NCBI GenBank assembly: GCA_035605575.1 | Contig: DASTCJ010000040.1 | Location: 28,771-92,770 of the forward strand | DNA: 64,000 bases | DNA from: Candidatus Methylomirabilota bacterium | GTDB taxonomy: Bacteria; Methylomirabilota; Methylomirabilia; Rokubacteriales; CSP1-6 | Reading direction: 5' to 3' | In this document: in pieces, positions 18,967 through 28,524 of the stretch | Layout: every line of letters begins with the position of its first letter | Position numbering within the stretch: the first letter of the stretch is position 1 | Position numbers and translations under genes: made by a program | The notes under the pieces: model-generated | Told to the model about the DNA's origin: nothing | The model's database searches: none | What the model saw: only the letters and a program-made list of their open reading frames with translations

Positions 18967-19560
18967 ATGAAGAACTGGCTCAAGGTCCGACTGATTGCCG
19001 GGTTCTTCGTCACCGTTCCCGCCGTCGCGACCGGCTGGCTGCTCTGGATCTTCTGGGCCAAGATCGACGACATCTTCGCGCCGATGTACGAGCGCATGTT
19101 CGGACGGCCCGTGCACGGCCTCGGCTTCCTCACCGCGCTGCTCCTGATGCTCGTCATGGGCATCATCGCCCGCAACGTGGTCGGCCGCCGCGTGCTCGCC
19201 TTCGGCGACAAGCTGCTGTACCGGGTGCCGGTGTTCCGGCTGCTGTATCCGTCGGTCAAGATGCTGATCGACTCGTTCTCCCCGGAGCGGCGCAACTCAT
19301 TCAAGGCGGTTGTCCTCGTGCGGCATCCGCGCGAGGGCGCGTTCGCGTTCGCGTTCGTGACGAGCCAGTTGCTGCTCGAGGCGCCGGGCGGCAAGGGCGA
19401 GATGCTCACGGTGTTCATCCCGACCAACAACCTCTATCTCGGTGACATCGTGCTCGTGCCGGCCGAGGACGTCGTGCCGACCGGGCTCACGGTCGAGGAA
19501 GGCATCCGCATCATCCTGTCGGCGGGCACCGCGACGCCCACGCGCCTGCCGCGAATCTAG
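18967..19560 (+). CDS. DUF502-family membrane protein
   Basis: 'MKNWLKVRLIAGFFVTVPAVATGWLLW' and 'VFIPTNNLYLGDIVLVP' are typical of DUF502. Confidence 0.75.
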   Translation: MKNWLKVRLIAGFFVTVPAVATGWLLWIFWAKIDDIFAPMYERMFGRPVHGLGFLTALLLMLVMGIIARNVVGRRVLAFGDKLLYRVPVFRLLYPSVKMLIDSFSPERRNSFKAVVLVRHPREGAFAFAFVTSQLLLEAPGGKGEMLTVFIPTNNLYLGDIVLVPAEDVVPTGLTVEEGIRIILSAGTATPTRLPRI

Positions 19561-20191
19561 CCCGGAAGCGCGGCCGCCCAGCCGCCGACGGCGGCGCCCA
19601 GCCTGTCCAGCGCGCCGAGGAAGAAATGATCCGCGCCGTCGATCACCGTCACCGTCGCCGCCGGCAGCGCCGAGCGCAGCGGCTCGAGCGCGGACGGCGG
19701 ACAGTACTGATCGTCGCTGCCGACGACGATCAACACCGGCCCACGCACCGCCGGCGTCGACGCGAGCGGCATGATCCGGAGCGGTGGCGCGATCAGCGCG
19801 AGGCCCGCCAGCGCCGAGGCTTGCGCGACGGCGGCGGCCACGGCCGCGCCGAACGAATAGCCGGCGAGGGCGACGGCGGCGCCCGCCGGCAGGCGCCGCG
19901 CGAGCTCTGCCAGCGCCGCCCGCGCGTCGTCTTGCTCGCCCCGTCCTTCGTCATGCGCGCCGCTGGAGCCACCGACCCCGCGAAAGTTGAATCGCAGCGT
20001 GGCCAGATGAAGACCGGCGCAGGCCTCGACGGCGCGGACGACCACGCCGCTGTCCATGTCGCCCCCATAGAGAGGATGCGTGTGGCAGACCACCACGCCG
20101 GCACGCGCGCCGTCGGGAACGCAGATGCGGGCCTCGAGGGTGCGCGAGCCGCCGCCGCCGACGGTCGCCGCCTCCTCGGCGAGACCGACCC

Positions 20192-20195
<4 letters not shown>
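19557..20195 (-). CDS. Alpha/beta hydrolase (COG2945-like)
   Basis: GTG 20195 overlaps the TGA of the upstream regulator (GTGA). 'CHTHPLYGGDMDSGVV' and the nucleophile elbow 'GYSFGA'. Confidence 0.7.
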
Positions 20196-21679
<1,484 letters not shown>

Positions 21680-21732
21680 CGTGCCGCCCAACCAGGGCGG
21701 GTGGGCATTGTACAAGGGCGGACGCGCGAGCG

Positions 21733-24162
21733 CTAGGCGGCTACGGTGACGGCGGCGTGGGCGAGCGGGAGGCTCAGGGTGAACCGCGCACCGCCTCCGT
21801 CCGCATTCGACGCTCGGAGATGCCCCCCGTGCATGGCCGCCATTCCGGCCGAGATCGCGAGGCCGAGGCCCGTCCCCCAGGGCTTCGTGGTGACGAACGG
21901 CTCGAAGATGCGCTCGAGAAGCTCGGGGGCGATCCCGTCGCCGGTGTCGGCGACCGTCAGCCGAGCGCCGTCGGGCTCGCGATGGATCTCGGCCACGACC
22001 GTTCCCGACGTCGGCGTGGCCTCGTAGGCGTTCATCAGGAGGTTGAGGATCAGCTGCTTCAGCCCATCGTGATCGGCCACGATATGAACCGGCTCGTCGG
22101 GGACGTTGACGACCAGTTGCACCCCCTTGTCGGCGAACGTCGGCTCCATGACCTCGACGGCCTCGCCGAGCGGGGCCCGCAGGTCGACGCGGACGTGCGG
22201 ACGCTCGCTCGGATTGGCGAGCGTGCGCAGGCGATCGAGCAGCCGCTCGATGCGAGCGATCTCGCGCGAGGAGATGCGGCCGAACTCGTCGATGAACTCC
22301 GGGTCGTCCTGGCGCCGTGGCAACAGCTGCGCGAAGGTCTTGATGGCCACCAGCGGATTCTTGATCTCGTGCGCGACGCCGGAGGCCAGCATCTCGAAGT
22401 ACGCGAGCCGCTCGGCTTTCCGCCGCTCGTGCTCGAGCTCCTTCACGGGCGTGAGATCGCTGAACACGGCCACGGCGCCCGTGATGGCACCGGACTGGTC
22501 GCGGACGGGTGAGGTGGTGAGGATCACCGGACGGCTGGCCGCGGCATCGATCAGCGCCACCTCCGGGACCCTCATGACCTCGCCCGTGTGGAGCGCCGTG
22601 TTCAATCCTTCGCTCAGCGGCTTGGGCAGCGCCGCCGCGAAGCGTCGATGCATGTCGGCCGCGTCGAGCCGGGTGAGGTGGGCGGCCGCCTCGTTGAAGA
22701 GCGTGATCTGCCCGATCGCATTCACCGCCACGACGCCGCTGTCGATCGAGGCCACGATCCGCGCAACGTACTCGTGGGCCACCACGACCTCGCGATAGCG
22801 CTGCGCGTTCTTGAGCGCGATCCCCGTCTGATTGGCGAGCGTCATCAAGAGATTCAGGTCCTCGCGGTAGTAGGGATCACCGGAGAGCTTGGGCCCGAGC
22901 GCAATCGTGCCGATGAGCGCGCTCTCGGCGAACAGCGGCAGCACCACCGACCAGTTGAGCGTCCGCATCTGCGCGTGGATGTCACGATTGGCATCGCCGG
23001 CGGCGACGTGGTCGATGGCCACGGCGTCCGTGGTTCGCGCCAGCCGGGCCGCGATACCCGTCGCCAGCTGGTCCGGACACTCGAAGCGGCTCGTCTCGAG
23101 CCCTCGAGCGCAGGCCACGCGCGTGAGCCGTGAGGCCGTCGCCGAGTAGATGGCGAGCCCCTCGGGCGCGATCGTGGTGCGCAGGGTCGTCGTCAGCACG
23201 TCGAGCACGTCCGTCATGTTCAGCACGCGCGTCAGCACCGCGCTCGCCTCGCGCACGGTGCGCTGGTAGCTGGCGTGCGTGCGATAGACGTAGCGATCGA
23301 GCAGGGTGGCGACCAGGTCGCGCGCGAAGGGGCTGATGAGGCCGACAGTGACGACGGCCCCGATGAGGACCACGTGCTCGCCGACGTCGAGCCGCTCGGC
23401 CAGCCGCGGCCACACGAGCAGCACGAGCGCGGCCACCGGCACCAGCACGATCACCGCCGCCACCGTCACGGTGAGGCCGCGGTGGATCACCAGTCGCAGG
23501 TTCATCAGCCGGTGGCGAATGATCGTGTGGGCGATGAGCGCGATGAGCACGACGCCGAAATAGGGGCCGAACCACGTATATGTGGACCGGCCGGTGATCC
23601 ACGGCAGGACGAGGTTCGTGGTCAACCCGCCGAGGCCGGAGAGCAGGAACGCCCACGTGAGGTAGCGCAGCTGCGTGCGGGCCACGTTCTCCGCCGTGCG
23701 CCACTTGCTCACGAGCGTTGCCAGCGCCAGCATCCACGTCGCCAACATGTAGAAGGCGAAGACCGGATAGAGGCTTCCGGACTGCCGCTCGAACCCGTGC
23801 GGCGTGATGACGGGGTTGTAATAGATCAGCGGCGTGGTCGCCGCCAGAAGGGCGAAGATGCCGCCGACGGCCAGGTTGGCGCGCATCGTCCACGGCGGCA
23901 CCACCGTCGAGCGGGCGGGAAACACGTACGTGAAGCCGAGCAGCGTCGACGGCAAGAGGCTGGCGCTCGCGAACACGAGGTCATTCCAGGCGTCGAGATG
24001 CGTTCCCCACTGTCGTCCGGCGATGCCGAACGCCCACGTCGCAAAGCACGCGACGAACGACGCAAACCACCGATGGATCGCACTGCGGGGGTCGGCACGA
24101 TAGACGAACATGGCGAGAGCGAGGAGCCCAGCCGATACGACGAAGAGAAGGAGCATCGCCAT
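21733..24162 (-). CDS. Sensor histidine kinase (N-terminal multi-TM sensor, GAF, PAS, HisKA, HATPase)
   Basis: About 7 N-terminal TM segments. H-box 'ASGVAHEIKNPL', N-box 'LNLLMNAYEA', G-boxes 'DTGDGI' and 'GTGLGL'. ATG 24162 is preceded by GGGGGA; the ORF is also open to 24198. Confidence 0.85.
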   Translation of the reverse strand: MAMLLLFVVSAGLLALAMFVYRADPRSAIHRWFASFVACFATWAFGIAGRQWGTHLDAWNDLVFASASLLPSTLLGFTYVFPARSTVVPPWTMRANLAVGGIFALLAATTPLIYYNPVITPHGFERQSGSLYPVFAFYMLATWMLALATLVSKWRTAENVARTQLRYLTWAFLLSGLGGLTTNLVLPWITGRSTYTWFGPYFGVVLIALIAHTIIRHRLMNLRLVIHRGLTVTVAAVIVLVPVAALVLLVWPRLAERLDVGEHVVLIGAVVTVGLISPFARDLVATLLDRYVYRTHASYQRTVREASAVLTRVLNMTDVLDVLTTTLRTTIAPEGLAIYSATASRLTRVACARGLETSRFECPDQLATGIAARLARTTDAVAIDHVAAGDANRDIHAQMRTLNWSVVLPLFAESALIGTIALGPKLSGDPYYREDLNLLMTLANQTGIALKNAQRYREVVVAHEYVARIVASIDSGVVAVNAIGQITLFNEAAAHLTRLDAADMHRRFAAALPKPLSEGLNTALHTGEVMRVPEVALIDAAASRPVILTTSPVRDQSGAITGAVAVFSDLTPVKELEHERRKAERLAYFEMLASGVAHEIKNPLVAIKTFAQLLPRRQDDPEFIDEFGRISSREIARIERLLDRLRTLANPSERPHVRVDLRAPLGEAVEVMEPTFADKGVQLVVNVPDEPVHIVADHDGLKQLILNLLMNAYEATPTSGTVVAEIHREPDGARLTVADTGDGIAPELLERIFEPFVTTKPWGTGLGLAISAGMAAMHGGHLRASNADGGGARFTLSLPLAHAAVTVAA

Positions 24163-24380
24163 AGGCCATCCCCCGGACGCGCCTGACGCGTCAGGCACGG
24201 GCTGCGGCTCGCGCAGTCCCGTGCGCCCCGGAAGGATACGCCAAATCCGCGCGTAGCGAGCGACCGCACAAAATCATGTGCACTCCTCTCCCGGGGACGG
24301 TGCCCACATCCATGGGCAGTGATACGCCTCAACGCTGCTGTCTGACCGCTAAGCGCTGTTGGCTTCGCAATTTTCGGGCC

Positions 24381-24395
24381 TGGCCTGAATCGTGC
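24381..24395 (+). promoter_or_regulatory. Candidate sigma54 (-24/-12) promoter
   Basis: TGGCCTGAATCGTGC compared with the consensus TGGCACG-N4-TTGC: the GG and GC dinucleotides have correct spacing. It lies about 27 nt upstream of the ATG at 24422 and faces away from the divergent NtrC-type two-component operon. Confidence 0.3.
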
Positions 24396-24421
24396 GTCAC
24401 CGGCGGGCGGGAGGGGGCGTC

Positions 24422-24544
24422 ATGGGGTACGGACTGACGAAGTACGGCCTGTGGACGCGCCTGCGGTTTTGCTTCTGGCTGGCGTGTGATCTCTACGTCC
24501 GACCGCGGGTGCTCCGCATGGCGCGCTCGCTTGCCCTCGACTGA
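24422..24544 (+). CDS. Candidate 40-aa small ORF
   Basis: The ATG is preceded by GGGAGGGGG with a 4-nt spacer. Encodes MGYGLTKYGLWTRLRFCFWLACDLYVRPRVLRMARSLALD. Below the ORF-track cutoff. Its stop is 4 nt before the next GTG. Confidence 0.3.
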   Translation: MGYGLTKYGLWTRLRFCFWLACDLYVRPRVLRMARSLALD

Positions 24545-24548
24545 TCAC

Positions 24549-24803
24549 GTGGCCGATGACCAGAGACGGACGGTCCTCCCACCCCACGAGCTGGTCGAGC
24601 GCATTCGCGACTGGCTGAAGATGTCACCGATCTTCTGGGAACAAGATCCGTATCGCCGCGAGCTGTTCCGACTCTGCGAGAGCAATGCGGACGTGGACGG
24701 CAATCAGCTCGCCGACGCCCTCCGCGGGCAGCTTCCGGAGACGACGCTGCACAGGCTCGTGCTCGTCTGGAACGCATGGCGATACGCGCTCGAACGGCTG
24801 TGA
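24549..24803 (+). CDS. Hypothetical protein
   Basis: Lies within track ORF 24486..24803. GTG 24549 follows the small-ORF stop. Helical-looking sequence 'PPHELVERIRDWLKMSPIFWEQDPYRRELFRLCE'. Confidence 0.45.
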   Translation: MADDQRRTVLPPHELVERIRDWLKMSPIFWEQDPYRRELFRLCESNADVDGNQLADALRGQLPETTLHRLVLVWNAWRYALERL

Positions 24804-25054
24804 CCGTGAGCTCGCTGAGCGACGATCGGCTTCGACAGCGCGTGCGGGACCGCATGCAGAGCGGCGAGCTTCCGCGCGAGTATCCCGCCAAGCTCTGGGT
24901 TGCGCCGGCGACCAGGCTGATCTGCCGTTGTTGCGATGAGCCGATCAGCGTCGGCTACGAATACGAGGTCGCGTTTGCGAACGCCACCAGCGTGAAGTTC
25001 CATCCGCGCTGCTACGTCATCTGGGATGAGGAGCGAGCCGCGTCCACCGAGTGA
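24800..25054 (+). CDS. Small Cys/His-rich protein (paralog of 63675..63899)
   Basis: GTG 24800 overlaps the upstream TGA (GTGA). 'GELPRE...ICRCCDEPI...KFHPRCYVIWDEE' aligns with 'GILPRA...ICRVCDGPT...VAHPDCFVMWEEA' at the window end. Confidence 0.6.
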   Translation: MTVSSLSDDRLRQRVRDRMQSGELPREYPAKLWVAPATRLICRCCDEPISVGYEYEVAFANATSVKFHPRCYVIWDEERAASTE

Positions 25055-25079
25055 GGCCGGGCCGGCGGTCCAGAGGCGA

Positions 25080-25098
25080 GGCAAATCAGATATTTGCC
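25080..25098 (+). terminator. Perfect 7-bp hairpin after the small-protein operon
   Basis: GGCAAAT-cagat-ATTTGCC, 26 nt after the stop at 25054. There is no clear U-tract, so it could instead be an operator. Confidence 0.3.
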
Positions 25099-25160
25099 GC
25101 GGCCGTCGGATATCATGCGGGCATGCGAATACGGACCCGGGGTCGCGCCGTCCAACCGAT

Positions 25161-25631
25161 GTGTTGACCTGTTATCGCACACGACGACGTCTGGGGGCCT
25201 GGCTGGATGGCGCCCTCGACGAGGGGACGGCGCACTCGACGGCCGCTCACGTGGCCGCTTGTGGGGTGTGTCAGCGCGAGGTTGCCGAGTTGCGCCGTCT
25301 CCATACGCTGCTGACGAGCGCGGCCGGCGTCTCGGATCCGGACTGGGCCGGCTTCTGGCCGGGGGTGGTCCGTGGTATCCAGGACCGCCGCGTGGAGCCG
25401 GCACGTGCTACTGGCCGTCGCTGGCGCCCGCAGTGGGCACTTGGCGGCGCACTGGCGGCGGCGCTTCTCGTGTCGCTCGGGCTGTGGGAGTTCGGTCCGG
25501 GGACGGAGCCCGGTGTGCCGGGCGTGCTCGTCAGTTCCGCTTCCACCGGTGACCCCCGCGCCACGGTGATGGTCTACGGTCCCCCCGAGCGCGACGTCGC
25601 CGTCGTCTGGGTGCTGGGCCTCGACGAGTAG
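25161..25631 (+). CDS. zf-HC2 anti-sigma-factor-like membrane protein
   Basis: 'CYRTRRRLGAWLDGALDE...HVAACGVCQRE' carries the H-x3-C-x2-C motif. One TM segment 'WALGGALAAALLVSLGLW'. GTG 25161 lies within track ORF 25026..25631. Confidence 0.65.
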   Translation: MLTCYRTRRRLGAWLDGALDEGTAHSTAAHVAACGVCQREVAELRRLHTLLTSAAGVSDPDWAGFWPGVVRGIQDRRVEPARATGRRWRPQWALGGALAAALLVSLGLWEFGPGTEPGVPGVLVSSASTGDPRATVMVYGPPERDVAVVWVLGLDE

Positions 25632-25634
25632 CGT

Positions 25635-26600
25635 TTAGCGCTCAGCCGGCTTGAGCGCGGCGAGGCGTTCGCGGGCCAGGGGAGCTTCTTCGGCCTGCGG
25701 GAAGTTGTCGACGAGGTATTGCAGCCGGGCCTGCGCTACCGCGGGCTGCTTCAAATCGAGCAGCGCCAGCGCCTCCTTATAGAGAGCCGTCGCCGCCTTG
25801 TCGCTGCGCGCGTAGTTCGCCTGCACCTTGCGAAACTCTTGAACGGCCTGCTCGAGCGCTTCCGTTGCCTTGTCGGCCTGTCCCGCGTTGGTGTAGCTGC
25901 GTGCCACACTGAAATGCGCCTCGCCGATCCAGTACTGGGCAGCACCAGCGAGCGGGTGGTCGGGATACCGGCGCAGGAACTCGCGGAATCCGGCGATGGC
26001 GAGAGGATAGCTGCCTTTGCTGAAGTCGATGTACGCCGCCTGGTAGATGTCCTGCGGCTGCAGCGCGTTCGTCGACGGCCGTGAGCTGGGCGTCGGCTCG
26101 ACGGGTGGAGGGAGGGGCGCCGGCGCGGCGGGGCGCGCGGTCGCCGTCGGCGGAGGCGGCGAGGGCGCCGTGGCCGCGCCACGGAGCTGTCGCCCCAGCG
26201 CTTCGGTGCGGGTGTTTATGTCGTCCAGGCGGCCCGCCAGGGCCGTGACGCTGCTCGAGAGTCCCTCGAGTCGCTCGCCGAGCGCCTCCAGACGGCGTTG
26301 ATCCTCGCTCGCCTTTTCGCGTTGCCGCTTCTCGAACTGCGCGAGCAGCGCTTCGGTGTCGACCCTGCTCTGCAGTGCGCTCTTCTGCACGCGCGCGAGC
26401 TCCGTGCGTAGCTCGAGCAGGTCTTGCTGCGTGGCGACGCCGGCGACGTCGCTCACCGACGCGCAGCCGCCGAACAGCAGCGCGGCGAGGAGCAGGCGCG
26501 TGCCCGTCCTCGCCGCCGTGCCTCGCGAGTCTATTGCGCCTTCACCAGGAAGTGCGACCGCCGGTTCTTGGCCCAGCACTCTTCGCTGTGGTCCTGGCAC
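25635..26600 (-). CDS. cpoB: Tol-Pal system protein CpoB/YbgF (coiled coil + TPR)
   Basis: C-terminal TPR 'YQAAYIDFSKGSYPLAIAGFREFLRRYPDHPLAGAAQYWIGEAHF'. Lipobox 'LFGGC'. It lies after pal. The start is uncertain, because both canonical GTGs sit inside pal. Confidence 0.75.
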   Translation of the reverse strand: MPGPQRRVLGQEPAVALPGEGAIDSRGTAARTGTRLLLAALLFGGCASVSDVAGVATQQDLLELRTELARVQKSALQSRVDTEALLAQFEKRQREKASEDQRRLEALGERLEGLSSSVTALAGRLDDINTRTEALGRQLRGAATAPSPPPPTATARPAAPAPLPPPVEPTPSSRPSTNALQPQDIYQAAYIDFSKGSYPLAIAGFREFLRRYPDHPLAGAAQYWIGEAHFSVARSYTNAGQADKATEALEQAVQEFRKVQANYARSDKAATALYKEALALLDLKQPAVAQARLQYLVDNFPQAEEAPLARERLAALKPAER

Positions 26601-27136
26601 GTCGGGCGCTCTTCGCCGTAACTGATGATCGTGATGCGGTTGGCCTGGACGCCCTGCGACACGAGGTAGTTCATCGTCGACTTTGCGCGCCGCTCACCGA
26701 GCGCGAGATTGTACTCGTTGGTGCCGCGCTCGTCGGCGTGACCCTCGATGAGGACGAGGTGGCCCGGGTTCGACTTGAGCCACGCCGCGTTGGCGTCGAG
26801 CGTGCGCGTGTCGGAGGGACGGATGTCGTACTTGTCGAAGTCGAAGTAGATGTCCTGCAGCTCGGGGACGGCCTCGAAGCCTCTCACCGCCGGTCGCGCC
26901 GTTTGTGAGGCGCCCGGGGCCGGCGTCGGAGTGGCCGTGCCGCCGCCCGGCTGCGACATCGACGGTCCGGAAGGCGTTGCCGTGCTCGGCTGGGATCCTG
27001 GTGCCATCGTGCTCGCCGTGCCCGTCGGAGCGGGAGCGGCGGCCTGCGTGGTGGCGGGACGCTTGGCGCACCCGCTGCCGATCGCGGCCAGAACAAGCAG
27101 CGATGTCACGACAAAAAACGAACCGCGCGTAGCCAT
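26531..27136 (-). CDS. pal: Peptidoglycan-associated lipoprotein Pal (OmpA-like domain)
   Basis: ATG 27136 follows AAAGGAGG. Lipobox 'AIGSGC'. 'IYFDFDKYDIRP', 'IEGHADERGTNEYNLALGERRA'. Confidence 0.9.
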   Translation of the reverse strand: MATRGSFFVVTSLLVLAAIGSGCAKRPATTQAAAPAPTGTASTMAPGSQPSTATPSGPSMSQPGGGTATPTPAPGASQTARPAVRGFEAVPELQDIYFDFDKYDIRPSDTRTLDANAAWLKSNPGHLVLIEGHADERGTNEYNLALGERRAKSTMNYLVSQGVQANRITIISYGEERPTCQDHSEECWAKNRRSHFLVKAQ

Positions 27137-27189
27137 GACGCCTCCTTTTGATCTGCTGCTGAGTGCCCGCTGCAACGCCTGAGACTGTA

Positions 27190-28524
27190 TCACGGCAGAC
27201 GCGGAGACCACGAGGGGCTTGTCGCTTCCGCGGCGCCGGTCGTGATCGCCGTTGGCGCGCTTCCATCGATCAGCATGGCCATGATCTGCCAGCGTCCGTT
27301 GCGATTCGATTGAAAGGCGAGATGCCGGCCGCTCGGCGCCCAGGTCGCGCCCTGGCTATTGCCGACGCCGCCGGTGAGGCGGCGCGGGTTCGAGCCGTCC
27401 ACGTTGATGAGCCAGAGGTCGTGGACGCCCTGACGCGCGGTGTACGCGATCGCATCACCCTTCGGTGACCAGCGCGGCTGGGTGTGAAAGCCACCGGAGG
27501 TCAGCTGCCGCACGCTCGTGCCCTCGGCATCCATCACGTAGAGATTCGGGCTGCCGGTGCGGTCGGAAATGAACGCGAGCTGGCGGCCGGTCGGTGCCCA
27601 CGTCGGCTCGGTGTCGATGCCCGCGTGGCGCGTCAGCCGGCGCAAGGTGCCGGTGGCTAGCGTCAGCACGTAGATCTCCGGGTTGCCGTCCTTCGACAGG
27701 GTCATGGCGATGCTCTTGCCGTCGGGACTGAACGCGGGCGCGGTGTTGATGCCGACGAACGCGGCCAGCGTCTGCTCCGGCCGGCGCTCGAATGGAAAGG
27801 CGCGATAGAGGTCGGGATAGCCCTGCTTGTACGACGTGTACGCCAGCGAGCGCGCGTCGGGACTCCACACCGGCGTGAGGTTGATCGAGCCGTTCCTGGT
27901 CAGCGGTGTCTGTCCCGCGCCGTCGTAGTCGACGACGACGATCTCCTTGGCGCCGCGCGGCCCGGAGACGTACGCGATCTTGGTGTCGGCCACGCCCGGC
28001 TCGCCGGTGAATTGCAGCACGACTTCGTCGGCGATCTTGTGGGCGAGGCGGCGTCCTTGCGCGGCGGGCACGTCGAACTTCTTGGTCGTGATCAGGCGAT
28101 GCTCGGGCGTAGTGAGATCGTACAGGCGCATCTCACCGTCGAGTCGATCGGGGCGGATCGTGAGCAGCCCGTGCAGCCCCGCGTGCGCGCCGGCCGCCGC
28201 GAACTCCGACCAGGCCTGTTTGAGGGCGGCCGGGTTGTTCGCCGGGATGGCGCCCGTCGCCGCCACCACGCTGAAGAGACCGGAGAAGGTCAGGTCCGCG
28301 CCGGTGATCGAGGCGACCTGCTTGCCGGCGCCCTGGACATCCGTACCGGACACCACCGTGAAGTCCGGCACGGCGATGTTGAGCTTGCGTGTCCCCCCGC
28401 CGGTGACGTTGAGGAAGACATCGACGCCCTGCGCGCGCAGCGGCGGTGGCGCGGCGGGCACGATGAGAAAGACGGCGAGCAGCAGCATGACGGCTGCGGT
28501 GCAACGGTGAAACGACACGGTCAC
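27190..28524 (-). CDS. tolB: TolB beta-propeller protein
   Basis: Repeated 'P.WSPDG..LAF.S.R.G..-LY' blades. It lies between the tolA-like gene and pal. GTGA overlap upstream. Confidence 0.9.
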   Translation of the reverse strand: MTVSFHRCTAAVMLLLAVFLIVPAAPPPLRAQGVDVFLNVTGGGTRKLNIAVPDFTVVSGTDVQGAGKQVASITGADLTFSGLFSVVAATGAIPANNPAALKQAWSEFAAAGAHAGLHGLLTIRPDRLDGEMRLYDLTTPEHRLITTKKFDVPAAQGRRLAHKIADEVVLQFTGEPGVADTKIAYVSGPRGAKEIVVVDYDGAGQTPLTRNGSINLTPVWSPDARSLAYTSYKQGYPDLYRAFPFERRPEQTLAAFVGINTAPAFSPDGKSIAMTLSKDGNPEIYVLTLATGTLRRLTRHAGIDTEPTWAPTGRQLAFISDRTGSPNLYVMDAEGTSVRQLTSGGFHTQPRWSPKGDAIAYTARQGVHDLWLINVDGSNPRRLTGGVGNSQGATWAPSGRHLAFQSNRNGRWQIMAMLIDGSAPTAITTGAAEATSPSWSPRLP

